From NCBI GenBank assembly GCA_963745035.1, contig CAVUVW010000024.1, forward strand, positions 8,450 through 72,449: a stretch of 64,000 bases of DNA, in the 5' to 3' direction. Source of the DNA: an uncultured delta proteobacterium (GTDB lineage Bacteria; Desulfobacterota; Binatia; UBA9968). The translations under genes were made by a program, and so were the position numbers. Under the pieces are notes generated by a model, which worked only from the letters and a program-made list of their open reading frames with translations, was not told where the DNA came from and made no database searches. The number at the start of each line of letters is the position of its first letter. The stretch's first letter is position 1. Below, piece after piece: positions 10,090 through 21,652 of this stretch.

Positions 10090-11135
10090 TCAGCGCCGCA
10101 CCAAATCCCGCAGCAGCTTTTTCCAGTGCTCCTCCGATTTTTCGTATTGCTCCAATGTCATGCCTTTCTCCGGATACCAGCGTTTGAAGCCGTAGTTCTT
10201 CGTGGATGTCGCGAAGCGGAATTTTTCCTCGAAGATTTTTTGCCCTTCCGGACTGAGCAGAAAATCGATAAACAACAGAGCCGCGTGTGGATTGTTTGAG
10301 CTCGCCGGCAGCGCCACGCCGCCGGCATTCGTCGGGTTGAGATCCATGGGGACCCATTCCGTCGGCGCGCCTTTCGGTTTTCCGGAAAGCACGTGATTGC
10401 GAAAGATCGAGATCGACATCGGCATTTCGCCCGCGGCCATGAGCTCGTGCATGGCTCCGCCCGAGATCATGTGCATCTTGATATCGAGCGCGCGGAGCTG
10501 CTTGACGAACTCCTCGCCCTTGGCCTTGATCATCGCGCCGATAAAGCGCACGCCGGTCACGTCGCCGCTGACCGCGATCTTGCTCTTGTGCTCCGCCTTC
10601 GCAAGCTCTGTAAAATTCTTCGGCACATCGGCAGCTCGAATGAGATTGCGATTGTAACCCAACCCGACGATCGACTCGCGGTCCGTCGTCCATAGCACCC
10701 GTCCCTTGTCCGCTTCCTCCTTGGCGTCGTCGGGAAAATGCCCCAGATGAGGCGAAAAATACGGCATGAGCAGTTTGCTCTCTCGCATCATCATGAGCGT
10801 CGCAGGCGTCGTTTCAAGTAAATCCGCCAGGCCGCGTTTGCTTTGCGCTTCGGTCATCAGCCTGCGGGTCAAATCACTGGATCCGGCGCGATAGGTTTCA
10901 ATCTTGATGCCGGGATACTTGGCTTCGAAGACGTTCGCGATGTCGCGATGAGCGGTGAGGCTCGTGTACCACACCATCTTGCCTTCTTTTTTGGCACCGG
11001 CTTTGAGCATCTCCTCCCGGTCCGCTCCGCGATAGCTGGCGAGATCGGCGAGGGACTTGGTCTGGGCGGAGGCACCGAGTTTAGCGCAACCAGCAGTAAG
11101 AAGCTCCAGAGCACCGCTAAGTAAACTGCTCGCAT
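10090..11135 (-). CDS. Fe3+/polyamine-type ABC substrate-binding protein (frameshift in leader)
   Basis: AKKEGKMVWYTS, FEAKYPGIKIE, NPHAALLFIDFLLSPEGQ; signal MRAVYLAVLWSFLLLVAL in adjacent frame. Confidence 0.85.
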
Positions 11136-11185
11136 GTTCAAATCTCACAGTTACAAATCTATGATCGGTGCACACTGGAAAAAGC

Positions 11186-11213
11186 AGATCCTTCACTTTC
11201 GTTCAGGATGACA
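11186..11213. repeat. TGTCAT/ATGACA-family REP-like palindrome
   Basis: AGATCCTTCACTTTCGTTCAGGATGACA; relatives at 13764-13831, 15097-15123, 16681-16759. Confidence 0.6.
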
Positions 11214-11319
11214 GCTCCTCTATCAACTCCGAGCACGATGCGATCCCCGAGCCTTTCGCCATCCGAGAGCTGAGATTCACCATCACTCCACCACTCCATA
11301 CTCCAGCCCTCCAGATCAG

Positions 11320-13723
11320 CTATTCCAACACACCGTCTTTTTTGTGTGCCGCGATCGTTTCTTCGCTGTAACCGACGACATCGCGCAGCACCGCTTCGGT
11401 ATCTTTGCCGAGGACCGGGAACTCCCAGCGCCGGGTCAGCTTGGAGTTGGCGAACTGCAGCGGAAAATTCGGCAGCACGACTCGTCCTAATCGTGGGTTA
11501 TCGACCTCGACGATAAACCCGCGTGCTTTGAGCTGCGGATCATTGGTCAGGTCTTCTCCCGTTTGCACGACGCCGGCCGGCACCCCGGCTTGCTGCAGAC
11601 GATTCATGACATCGAACGCGTCCTGCCCTTGGGTCCAACGCGAAATAACCGCATTCAGTTCGTCGCGGCGCGCGAGCCTATCTTTCAAGGTTTTAAAGCC
11701 CGCATCTTGCGCCAACTCCATGCCGACGACTTTCGCCAGCGCCGCCCATTGTGTTTCGTCTTCGGCCGCGATAGCGCACCAGCGATCTTCGCCTTTGCAG
11801 GGATAGCAATCATGCGGCGCTGCGGCCGGCGACGCATTGCCGATCGGCTGGGGATCCTTGCCGCTTGCCGCGGCCTCCATCAGGCTCGGACCGATCATGA
11901 ACGCGGTCGCTTCCGATTGCGCCAAGTCGATGAACGCGCCCTTCTTCTGCCGATCGCGATACAGCACACCGGAGATGATGATGATCGCGCACAGCACGCC
12001 GGAAACGTAGTCGGGAAAAACCGTTTGCGAGCCGATCGGCGGGTTCGTGACGCCGGGATGATTCCACAGATAAGTAAGGCCGGTGAACGCGGTGATGTTC
12101 ACCCCGACGGTAGAAAAATGGCGCTTCGGGCCCGTAGTGCCCAGACCTGGCATGCGCAGGTTGACGATGTCCGGTTTGACCTTGCAGAGCTGATCGTACG
12201 CCAAGCCGATACGACCGACTACGTCCACGCTGTAGTTGTCGAGCACGGCGTCGGCGTGCGCGATCAAATCGTGCAGCACCGGCTGGCCCTGGGGATGTTT
12301 CAGATTGACGGTGAAAGACCGCTTGTTGCGGTTGAACTCCAGAAACCGCGGCGAAACGTTAGGGTCTTCGCCCGTGCCAAAAAAGCGGAACGGGTCCATA
12401 CCGCCTTTGCTCGATTCGACCTTGATCACGTCCGCGCCCAACTCGGCCAAAATGGTCGTCCCGTACGGCCCCGCCAGCACGTGATCGAAGCTCACGATGC
12501 GCATGCCGTCCAGCGGACCATTGCCGCTATTCAGTGCGGAACTTGACCGCCTAACAGCTCCCTCTCTTTTCGCCCCCGCCGCGGAGGAGATGGAAGAGGG
12601 AGATATGCCAACTATCCAACACCGGCACGCTGCCCACGGGAATGCGCTCACCGTCGATGACAAACGGCATCGCCGGCTGCTTGGTCTTGCCGAAGCCCGC
12701 GTGCTCGACCGGGGCCATAAAGCCGCGCTCCTGCACATGCTCATCCTTGGCAAAGCCCATGGGAGTATTCACCGGCACGCAAGGAATGCCTTTTTCCTGC
12801 AACAACTCGGTAATCTCAGCCATGGTATGCCGACCGACAAAAGCCTCCACTGCCGGATTGAGCTCATCAGCGTGAGCGCGGCGGTACAGATTGTTGAGCC
12901 AGTCCGGTGCGTCAAACTTCGCATCATGATCTTTCCAGATGCTAAGAAACAGTTTCCAATGCTGCCTCGTCACGTAGAGGTAAACGAAGCCGTCGCGGCA
13001 AGGAAATATCTTCGCCGGCGCAACGGAGCCATGCTGACTGCCGGCGCGTTTGGAAATCTGCTTCTCATTGGCCCACAAGCGAATGATGTGCTCCTGGGTG
13101 GCCAAGGTTTCCTGCATCGAGGCATCGACGTGATCACCTTGACCGGTGCGCTCGCGCCGGTAGAGTGCCGCGAGCACGCCGGCGGCAGCAAAAACACTCG
13201 CGAAGTAATAGGCCTGTGTCTCGGGGGGCCGCACCGGCGCCATCGAAGGATCGCCGGCGATATACAGAAATCCGCTCTGCGCCAAAGCAACGAGATCGTT
13301 GTACGCGAAATTCTTCTTTGGTCCCGTCTGTCCGAAAGCCGTGATCGACGCCATCACGATGCCCGGATTGATGGCCGAGAGATCCTTGTAGCCAAGCTTC
13401 TTCGAATCCAGCTCACCGGGCTGAAAACTTTCCAGCACTACATCCGCCGTTTTCACCAGTTCGCGAAACGTCGCGCGATCGGAGTCTTTGTCCAAGTCGA
13501 GTACCTTGCTCGCCTTGCCGGCGTTCAGGTGGGCGAACGTCGTGCTCAGCCGTTTGCCATCCGCGGATTGGACGAACGGTGGAAGATTGCGCACAGGATC
13601 GCCGCCCGGCGGCTCGATCTTGATCACTTCCATGCCCAAATCGCCGAGCATACGGCCGCAGAGTTGGCCGCTGAGACCGGTCAAATCCAATGCTCTGAAT
13701 CCTTTGAGAAATGCTGCGCTCAT
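11320..13723 (-). CDS. Double-domain class III CoA-transferase (CaiB/BaiF), split by a frameshift at ~12610
   Basis: Two CaiB domains (LGMEVIKIEPPGGD..HLNAGKAS; LGADVIKVES..FNRNKRS); the second ORF has no separate RBS and overlaps the first through a linker. Confidence 0.8.
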
Positions 13724-13763
13724 AGTCTTACTTTCCAACCATCGAGAGGTGGCGGGTCTAGCA

Positions 13764-13831
13764 AGGTCTCTCACTTCGTTCGAGATGACAATCGCTTACT
13801 CACTTGTCATTTCGAGCGACGCGAGAAGTCT
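13764..13831. repeat. Tail-to-tail pair of TGTCAT-family REP-like palindromes
   Basis: AGGTCTCTCACTTCGTTCGAGATGACA ... TGTCATTTCGAGCGACGCGAGAAGTCT. Confidence 0.65.
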
Positions 13832-13930
13832 TTCCCGGATTCACCGATTTTTGTATTCTAGAAGTTGGCTACCTTCGTTAGTATCTGATTTCTGATTCTC
13901 ACGCGCCCACATACTGGCTGCGCATGGTGT

Positions 13931-15025
13931 TCAGGATCTCGCCGCCTCCTGTACCATTCTTTCGACGATCTCCTTTGCCGGCCGAGCGCTCTTTTCCTCG
14001 CTCAACATTCCGGCGACTTGGCCACCCGGCACTTGCAACACATCGACTCGATCGGCGGCTTCCGCGGCCCGGCGGATTTCATCCATGGCATTACCTTGAT
14101 ACGGCGTCGGCATGGCTTCCAATCCCGATTCCATCCACGCTTTGATCACCGGGCTGCGATAATGGCGCGCGTAGTGCCCGCTCGTGTACGCCGTGCGCAC
14201 GAAATCCTCCGAGCTGCCGGTTAAAATTTGCTTCTTGTAGACCGGATTGATGCCGCATTCCTTACTGACGAGAAACGTGGTCCCGCACCACACGCCGACC
14301 GCCCCGAGCGCGAGAGCAGCCGCGACGCCGCGGCCGTCGCTGATGCCACCCGCGGCGACTACCGGTTTCGGCTTCACCGCGTCGACGATCTGTGGAATCA
14401 AGGGAAAGTTCCCGATCGTTCCCGTGTGCCCGCCGGCTTCGTACCCCTGCGCGATGATCACGTCGGCGCCTTTGCGCGCATGGCTCAGCGCATGCTTCAC
14501 GGCGCCGGCCAGCGCCATCACTTTCGTGCCGATTTCATGCGCAAGCGGCACGACCTCCGCGGTGTCACCGAGACCGATGATCAAGATCGGCACTTTCTCT
14601 TCGAGAATGACTTTCAATTGCTCGCGCGTCGCCTTGGGAGTTTTCACCCAGCTTTTTCGATCGGGCGGCTGCGGTTTAAGTCCGAGCTTGGGAATGAGCT
14701 CATCGGTAAATTTCGCGTGACTCGGATACTTCTCTTCGATCTCGCGGTGCACTTCGTCCGGGTCGGGAATCTTCACGTCTTCCATTTTCGGCAAGGTGAT
14801 ATCGACACCGAACGGTTTGTCGGTGAGCTTGCGCACCGCGCGAATCCGCTCGCGGATAACTTCCGGGCGAATCGAGCTGCCGCCGATGCAGCCGAGCCCG
14901 CCCGCGTTCGATACGGCCGCGACCATTTCAGGCGGAGTCGTCATGCCTTCTTTATCCCAACCCATGCCCGCTTGGATGATAGGAAATCGAATCCCGAGCA
15001 GATCACATAATGGTGTGTGCAGCAT
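13931..15025 (-). CDS. Nitronate monooxygenase / FabK-like flavin oxidoreductase
   Basis: PIIQAGMG, AVSNAGGLG, QGYEAGGHTG, AAGGISDGRG, GVWCGT. Confidence 0.9.
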   Translation of the reverse strand: MLHTPLCDLLGIRFPIIQAGMGWDKEGMTTPPEMVAAVSNAGGLGCIGGSSIRPEVIRERIRAVRKLTDKPFGVDITLPKMEDVKIPDPDEVHREIEEKYPSHAKFTDELIPKLGLKPQPPDRKSWVKTPKATREQLKVILEEKVPILIIGLGDTAEVVPLAHEIGTKVMALAGAVKHALSHARKGADVIIAQGYEAGGHTGTIGNFPLIPQIVDAVKPKPVVAAGGISDGRGVAAALALGAVGVWCGTTFLVSKECGINPVYKKQILTGSSEDFVRTAYTSGHYARHYRSPVIKAWMESGLEAMPTPYQGNAMDEIRRAAEAADRVDVLQVPGGQVAGMLSEEKSARPAKEIVERMVQEAARS

Positions 15026-15135
15026 AGTTATCCTTCTCCTCGCCGTTGGTGCGAACGAAACCACATTGTTTCGTCTAAAACGAAGCCAAATGGTTTTGTC
15101 ATTTCGACTGAAGGGAGAAATCCTTCCTAGATCAC

Positions 15136-15954
15136 CTATTTTTTCCGATCCTCCGGCTTCACATAACCGGTCGTCCCGCCGCCCTTCTGCGAATGCAGAT
15201 AACCTTCCACATCGCTCAGCGGATTGGTGTAGTAGCGCATGCGATGCGAAACCAGATCGTCCGTCCTCAGCGCGGTCAGGAAATCCATGTCCTTCTGCAT
15301 GTACGCCGCGATCTTGGCGCTTTCCAACGTGACCGCATTGCGGCTGCCCAATTCCTTCGCGAGCTGCTCCACATTCGTTGTCAGCTGATCATCGGGCACA
15401 ACCTCGGAAACCAGACCCACCCTCTCCGCCTCGGCCGCAGTCAAATTTCTTCCCGTAAGTTGGATATAGAAAGCCTTCTTGAACGGAATGCCGCTGTGAA
15501 ACAGGGTCGATGTCGCCACAGCACCGTAGCTGCCGCGGATTACTTCCGGCATGCCGAACTTCGCCGACTCTCCGGCGATGCAGAGATCGTGGGCGTTGAT
15601 GACTGCGAGGCCGCCACCGAGACACCAGCCGCGCACGGCGGCAACCGTGATCTGCGGCATCGCGCGCAAGATGCGCACGATCTCATAAGTCGTCCCGGCA
15701 TGGTCCCAAGCCCGCTTGCGCTTCCACGACTCGCGTAAGTCATAGAGATCCAGACCCGAGGAATACGAATCGCCCGAGCCCGTCGTGACAATGCATTTGA
15801 TCTTGTCGTTCTCCGCCAGCGCCTTCAACGCCTCGATCAGCTCCGCCATGAACTTGTGGCTCATGGCATTTTTCTTTTCCGGTCGGTTGAACGTCAGCCA
15901 CGCGACGCCGCTTGCTTCGTCAATTTTTTGCAGAACGGTCGTAAAGTCCGCCAT
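15136..15954 (-). CDS. Enoyl-CoA hydratase/isomerase, resembling hydroxycinnamoyl-CoA hydratase-lyase
   Basis: NRPEKKNAMS, SGLDLYD, VRGWCLGGG, FGMPEV. Confidence 0.8.
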   Translation of the reverse strand: MADFTTVLQKIDEASGVAWLTFNRPEKKNAMSHKFMAELIEALKALAENDKIKCIVTTGSGDSYSSGLDLYDLRESWKRKRAWDHAGTTYEIVRILRAMPQITVAAVRGWCLGGGLAVINAHDLCIAGESAKFGMPEVIRGSYGAVATSTLFHSGIPFKKAFYIQLTGRNLTAAEAERVGLVSEVVPDDQLTTNVEQLAKELGSRNAVTLESAKIAAYMQKDMDFLTALRTDDLVSHRMRYYTNPLSDVEGYLHSQKGGGTTGYVKPEDRKK

Positions 15955-16115
15955 CGGTTCCTCCAAAGAAACATTTGCGACAATGACATCTTCTCATAAC
16001 ATAAATTGGAAACGAGAGGCGAGAGCGAGAAAAAGAGATCGAAATACTTCCGGGAGCGTGGAAGTAATCGACCGTAACGCCCAAATCCTTTTAGTGGAGT
16101 CCGGTCCCAATTAAC

Positions 16116-16148
16116 CTGGATTCCCGCTTAAAGCATGCGGGAATGACG
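16116..16148. repeat. CGTC-family REP-like palindrome
   Basis: CTGGATTCCCGCTTAAAGCATGCGGGAATGACG. Confidence 0.6.
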
Positions 16149-16197
16149 GAGAGGCTAGCTGCATTGGAAGGATTACCACCTGACCATTCTTGCTCAA

Positions 16198-16650
16198 CTA
16201 CCGTTTCTCGACCTGCGCGATGTCAATCATATCCCGCTGGCCGCTGTTGCGATAAAGCCGCTTGCCTTTGCGCGGATAGTCGACAACATCCTGGGCAAGA
16301 CGTTGTCCAATCACGAGGCAGACCAGCGGCTCCGTTCCGTCGTTCACCGTCTCATGCGCCGCGCCGCCGGCTGGAAAGCCGATGAAGTCCCCGGGACCGA
16401 TCTTCTGTTTGACCTCACCCATCACCTCTGTCCCAGAACCCGACAACACGTAAATCGCTTCGTCCTCGTACTTGTGGGTATGGAATTCCGTCGACTTGTC
16501 TCCCGGCGCGATCGTGATCAGGTGAATGCCAATGTTCTTGAGCCCGGCCTCGTCACCGATGGATTTGTCCAGACGGATCGCAGCAGGATTCAACTGGTGA
16601 ACACGACGTACACCTTCCATCTTCGCGATTGCTTCAGCGGATAAGTACAT
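16198..16650 (-). CDS. Cupin-domain protein
   Basis: PGDKSTEFHTHKYEDEAIYVLSG, GDFIGFPAGGAAH. Confidence 0.9.
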   Translation of the reverse strand: MYLSAEAIAKMEGVRRVHQLNPAAIRLDKSIGDEAGLKNIGIHLITIAPGDKSTEFHTHKYEDEAIYVLSGSGTEVMGEVKQKIGPGDFIGFPAGGAAHETVNDGTEPLVCLVIGQRLAQDVVDYPRKGKRLYRNSGQRDMIDIAQVEKR

Positions 16651-16680
16651 GCCACACCTCCGGGGACTAAAAGTCGTAGT

Positions 16681-16759
16681 TGTCATCTCGAGCCTAGCGA
16701 GAGATCCTTCCGAATCTCTGCAACTTGACGAAAGATTTCTCACTTCGTTCGAAATGACA
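16681..16759. repeat. Inverted pair of TGTCAT-family REPs (REPIN-like)
   Basis: TGTCATCTCGAGCCTAGCGAGAGATCC ... AGATTTCTCACTTCGTTCGAAATGACA. Confidence 0.7.
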
Positions 16760-16831
16760 CATCGCCTGGAATAAAGCCGCTACGTATCGGCTCGCGCCTG
16801 ATCGTTCGAACGACTGGAACATCTGGAACGA

Positions 16832-17702
16832 TTATTTCCCATTCATGAGAAAAGGCACGACGATCTCCGCCAGTTCCTCCGGTTTCTCGTGCGGAATATG
16901 GTGACCTGCGCCTTGGACCGGGACAATCTGCGCGTTCGGAAAAAGCTGGGCGCGATGGCCGCGCACGGATTTCATGAAATCGCTCTCGGTGCCGTAGACG
17001 AAAAGGATCGGACACTTAAGCCGCCGGATGAAGGCTTCGATCTGGCCCTCCGACATCGCCGTAGTCGTGCGGTAGCGGAGGATCGGATCGTGTTTCCAGC
17101 GATAGCGATCGCCCTTGAAGTGCGTTCCGTGGCGCGCCATATGCAGCGCCGCTTTGTCCGGAATCAGCGGAAAGGTTTTTTGCAGCGACTTGGCAGCGGA
17201 CTCCAATGTTTCGTGCGGAAAAGGAATCTCGACGTAGTCCCGGCCTTTCAAGCGCTCCGCGACGATGTCGGGAACTTCGTCGTCCGACGCGCGCGAAAGG
17301 GCCGAGTGATTCGAAGAGCACCAATCGTTTCACTTTTTCGGGAAACGCGCCGGCGTAGAGCAGGCACATGCTGCCGCCGAGGGAGTGGCCGATGATGGTC
17401 AACGGCTCCTTGTCCAAATGTTTGAGCAAGCCGGCGAGATCAGTCAGAAAATCCTCGTGCTGGTAGCCGCGGCTCGACGAAGGCCACTCGCTGTCGCCAT
17501 GCCCGCGCAGGTCGAGAGCCACGGCATGCTTGATCGGCACGCTCCGCTTGATCAGCGCTTCGAGAAAATAATCCCAGCTCCTTCCTTGATCGCGCACGCC
17601 GTGAACGAAAACGAAGGTTTCTTCCGCCGGATCGCCCCATTCCCAATAGTGTAGTTTCAAGCCATCGTGAACAAAGTAACGTTGCCTGGGTTGTAAATTC
17701 AT
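16832..17702 (-). CDS. Alpha/beta hydrolase (frameshift near ~17290)
   Basis: HGVRD, DLRGHGDS, GHSLGG, GAGHHIPHEKP. Confidence 0.85.
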
Positions 17703-17778
17703 GACTCCGTGGTGACTTCCCCTCTCTTGCTCTTCGCGCTTTCTAATGCAAAATCCGAAATCGAAGATCCAAAATGAT

Positions 17779-18861
17779 TTACTTTCGCGCCTGTTCGATA
17801 AACTGCTGGACGAACTTGACGATCTCATCGGACGCCGTCAGTACTTTATCACGGAGTTTCTCGCCGTCCTCGCCGATGTCGAAACGCGGTTGAAAGCGCA
17901 TGGCCTTCTTGGCCTCGGCGATAAACTCCTCGTCCTTGGAGAGGTTCGCGAACGCGTTTCGCATGGCCACAACCGCTTCCTTCGGTGCATTCGGCGGCAA
18001 CAATGCCACGCGGCTGAGATTCTGGCTCGCCATGTTCGCCGCTTTGAGCGTTTCATATTTGATGCCCGTCGGCGCTTTGTTGAAAATTTGCGTATAAACC
18101 TCGGTGAACGAATTCAGCTCGGGATAATCCGGGCTTTTCCTCATATTGCCGTCGGGGCTGATCAGATCGTGATAGTAGAGCGGCGTGACCATCCCGGTCT
18201 TCACCAACTGCGGTTCGACAACGCCCCGGTACCCCGGAATGTTTTCGTCATGATACTGAATCTCGTTGCGCTGCACGGCGAGGCGCGCGTCGTTGCTGCT
18301 GTTGTAGCCCGTGACGTAATCGTATTTGAGCCCCAGAATATCGAACGCCAGCCGGAAGCGCAGATCTTTATTGCTGTCGAAAGAGAGCCCACCGGCTTTG
18401 AAACGCTCTGCCTTGACGATGTCGGTGGGCTTCTTGATTCCCGGCGCAACATCGGAACGGATGTAGCAGACGGTGACGCTGCCCACCGAAGCGATGAAAG
18501 GTAGTTTCATCAGATCGGTCCTGAGGGTCGAGCTTCTCATCATGTGATGATTGTAGGGTCCGGTAAAATAGCCGAGGGTCAAAGCGTCTTTCTTGGCCGC
18601 TTCGCCGAGAAAATTGATTCCCGTGACGCCGCCGGCGCCTGCCATGTTCTGGACGATGACCACAGGGTTTCCCGGTATATGCTTGGCCAGATGCCGAGCG
18701 ACGATCCGTCCTTCGATATCGGTGGGACCGCCGGCGGCGAAGTTGATCAGGAAGGTAATGTTCTTTCCTTGATAAAAAGGCGCCTGTGCGGCGAATCCAG
18801 GATTGATCGACAGAACCGCTCCGAAGAGAAAAACCAAAGAAATTCGGCCGTGGAACTTCAT
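17779..18861 (-). CDS. tctC: Stand-alone TctC/Bug tripartite tricarboxylate transporter substrate-binding protein
   Basis: AAGGAGA RBS, signal peptide, QAPFYQGK..FAAGGPTD..RHLAKHIPGNP..QNMAGAGG. Confidence 0.85.
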   Translation of the reverse strand: MKFHGRISLVFLFGAVLSINPGFAAQAPFYQGKNITFLINFAAGGPTDIEGRIVARHLAKHIPGNPVVIVQNMAGAGGVTGINFLGEAAKKDALTLGYFTGPYNHHMMRSSTLRTDLMKLPFIASVGSVTVCYIRSDVAPGIKKPTDIVKAERFKAGGLSFDSNKDLRFRLAFDILGLKYDYVTGYNSSNDARLAVQRNEIQYHDENIPGYRGVVEPQLVKTGMVTPLYYHDLISPDGNMRKSPDYPELNSFTEVYTQIFNKAPTGIKYETLKAANMASQNLSRVALLPPNAPKEAVVAMRNAFANLSKDEEFIAEAKKAMRFQPRFDIGEDGEKLRDKVLTASDEIVKFVQQFIEQARK

Positions 18862-18864
18862 GAT

Positions 18865-20428
18865 CAATTCTCCTTTCATTTGCGGAGTTCGTTGGCGATT
18901 GGGCTCTGTTTGCGCGACGATCATTTCTCTCAATACGACTTTGTTGACCTTGCCGACTTCGGTGTGCGGCAGCGAGGAGCGAAACTCCACCGACTTGGGT
19001 ACTTTATATGCCGACAGCCGCTCCTTACAGAAGCCGAGCAAGTCCTCAGCTCTCAGATCGCTGCCCGGCTTGGTTACGATCACCGCCTTGACAGCCTCGC
19101 CCCACTGCGGGTCCGGCACGCCGATGACGGCGGCTTCCAGAACGGCCGGATGGCTGTAGATGACGCTCTCGATTTCCAACGGATAGATGCTGATGCCGCC
19201 GCTCTTCACCATGTCTTTCTTGCGGCCTGCGACAAAAAGGAAGCCTTCCTCGTCGAAATAGCCAAGATCGCCGGTGTAAAACCAGCCGTCGCGGAACGAG
19301 GCATTCGTCGCTTCGGGGTTTTTGTAGTAGCCGTGGCTCGCGAGCGGGCTTTGGCAAATGATTTCGCCCAGGTCGCCGACTTTCACGGATTTATTGCGTT
19401 CGTCGACGATACGCAGATCGACGCACCAGACCGGTCGCCCCGCCGCATTCGGCTTGGCATCCATGTCCGCCGGCTTGGAGATCGCCATCTGCCCCGAATC
19501 CGTGGAAGCGTAGGTGCGATATATATTCGGCGTCAGGTTTTTTTTCAGCGCTTCGAGCACAGCCGGATGCACCTTGCCGCCGGTAATCGCCAGGCAGCGC
19601 AAGGTGCGCGTATCGTATTTGGTCGATTCCAGCACGTGCAGCATGCGCTCGCACATGGTGGGTACGGCGCCGACGTAGGTGACTTTCTCCCGCTCGATGG
19701 TCTTCAGCACTTCTTCGGCGTCGAAGCGCTCGTGCAGGATCATCGTCCCGCCGAAATAGATGATGCCCAGGGTGAATGATCGCCCGGCATTGAAATAGAT
19801 TGGCGATGACAAGATCGCGATATCATGAGCGCCCAGGCCCTTTTCGATCGCATTGTTGATGCAATGAAACACAAACGTCCGTTGAGTGGTCAGGCATCCC
19901 TTGGGAAACCCCGTCGTTCCCGACGTGAGCAGAACCGCGAACGGATCGTTCTCATCGACGTCCACCGTGGGCTCCTCGATCACTTTGCCCGTCGAGCAAG
20001 CCGCCGTAACTTAGATCCGCGGAGAGCGAGAATGATCTTGAGCAGTTCAGCTTCTTGAGCGTCTTCGCTTTCTCGAATTCCGCGACGCAGTCTTCCTGAA
20101 GGATGATGAAACTCGGCTCGAGCGCCGCGAGCACCGAAGCAAATTCCAGCGCCTTCCACTTTACGTCCAGAGGAATCGCCAGCGCGCCGATCTTGGCCGT
20201 GGCAAACAGGATCTCCAGATGCTCGATCCGATTGCCGACGGACAGAGCCACCGCGTCCCCGCGGCGCACCCCGGCCGACAGCAACCCATTCGCAAGTTGG
20301 TTGACCCTGCGATTGAGCTCGCCGTAGGTGGTCTGGCGAAACTTGTCCTTGGCGGCAATCTTGAGCGGAAACTTATGCGCGTTCCGCCGCAGACCATCAT
20401 GCATTAATAAAGGAATACTTGTGCCCAT
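18865..20428 (-). CDS. Acyl-CoA synthetase (AMP-forming); frameshift at ~19980, stop lost
   Basis: LTSGTTGFPKG, YASTD, GWFYTGDLG, GRKKDMVKSGG, EVGKVNK. Confidence 0.9.
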
Positions 20429-20435
20429 GAGTCGA

Positions 20436-20555
20436 ATTTTGGATTTTAGATTTTAGATTTTCGATTAGCCGGACAGATAAAGCCGGCACCAACGTGGATT
20501 CTGGATATTGCTCGGCACTCCGACAATCCAAAATCCAAAATCGGCAATCTAAAAT
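20436..20555. repeat. Inverted heptamer tandem-repeat element (ATTTTGG/ATTTTAG ... AATCCAA/AATCTAA)
   Basis: ATTTTGGATTTTAGATTTTAGATTTTCGATT ... AATCCAAAATCCAAAATCGGCAATCTAAAAT. Confidence 0.8.
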
Positions 20556-20557
20556 GG

Positions 20558-21377
20558 TCATCTTGCCTTTCCAATTCGGCGGTCGCTTCTCGACGAACGC
20601 CCGGGGTCCTTCTTTCGCGTCTTCGGTTTGCATGACCATGCTCTGCAGGTCCGATTCGTAGCGCAGCCCCTGCTCCAGGGTCATCTCACTCCCCTTGTAG
20701 ACCGCTTCCTTGATATAGCGCAAAGCGAGCGGCGCGCCCTTCAAGAACGACTGAGCCATTTTCTCGCCGGTCGGAATGAGTTGATCGTAAGGCACCAACT
20801 GATTGACCAAGCCGATGCGGTGACACTCAGCGGCGTCGTACAGCTCTCCAGATAGGCAGAGTTCCAGCGCCTTCGGAATCCCGATCAGCCGCGGCAGCCG
20901 CTGCGTGCCGCCCGACCCCGCCATCATTCCGAGCCGCACCTCGCTCACGCCGAGCCGCGCCCCTTCCGCAGCAATGCGAATGTCGCAGGCCAAGGCCATC
21001 AGCAATCCCGTGCCTACTGTGTAGCCGTGCAGCAGCGCGATCGTGATCTTATTTATCGCCGCGATCGCCGGCGCCGGAGTGCCGGGAATAGCGTTGTGCT
21101 TCGCTTGACGCTGGACCAACGCCGATTCCGTCGGTTCAGCCGCCGCTGCGGCATTGTTGCGAGCACGATCCTTGATATCGCCGCCCACCGAAAACGCCCG
21201 CTCGCCGTTGGCCTTAAAAATAACAACCTGAACGTCTCGATCCTCTTCCGCCCGGCGGCAATATTCCACAATGGCCTTCACCATGTCGCGATTGACCGCA
21301 TTCAACGACTCCGGCCGATTCAACGTGATCCAGGCAATCTTGTCTTTGACTTCGTAAAGAACTTTTTCTTCCGCCAT
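20558..21377 (-). CDS. Enoyl-CoA hydratase/isomerase (true end ~PPNWKG; ORF read-through probably an indel)
   Basis: LNRPESLNA, AFSVGGDI, ACDIRIA, GGTQRLPRLIG, EGPRAFVEKRPPNWKG. Confidence 0.9.
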
Positions 21378-21407
21378 TCACTTCCCCCTGCGTCACTTTT
21401 GATTTCT

Positions 21408-21652
21408 TTACCCTGCCTTTCTCACCTTCGCAGCTTTGATCATTCCATCAATAGAAAGATCTTCATCTAACTCCGGCCAGTGAATTCCGTATCCTGACGG
21501 GGACAGCTCGAAATTTGCCTTCGTGCGCTGGTCTGCTGCCGCGAGTTTTTGGAATGTTGCCTTAGATCAATCCGGTAATCCCGGCCATCAACCGTTAGCA
21601 GAAGGTACTGATTCTCAAACCGCAAATTTTTTACACGATGATGCTTTTTCAT
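21408..21652 (-). CDS. DUF2442 family protein (putative antitoxin; 1-nt frameshift in an A-run)
   Basis: Corrected ..NFELSPSGYGIHWPELDEDLSIDGMIK, DUF2442 signature. Confidence 0.75.

Noticed and set aside
17779-19983. Apparent 734-aa acyl-CoA ligase-TctC fusion
   Set aside because: An internal AAGGAGA RBS, ATG and signal peptide occur at 18861, with an out-of-frame TGA just upstream; best explained by an indel removing the ligase stop.
20397-20560. C-terminal extension ILDCRFWILD..NLKSKIQN on the enoyl-CoA hydratase
   Set aside because: Read-through into the intergenic heptamer repeat; the paralog at 22951 ends at WKGK and an out-of-frame TGA follows here.
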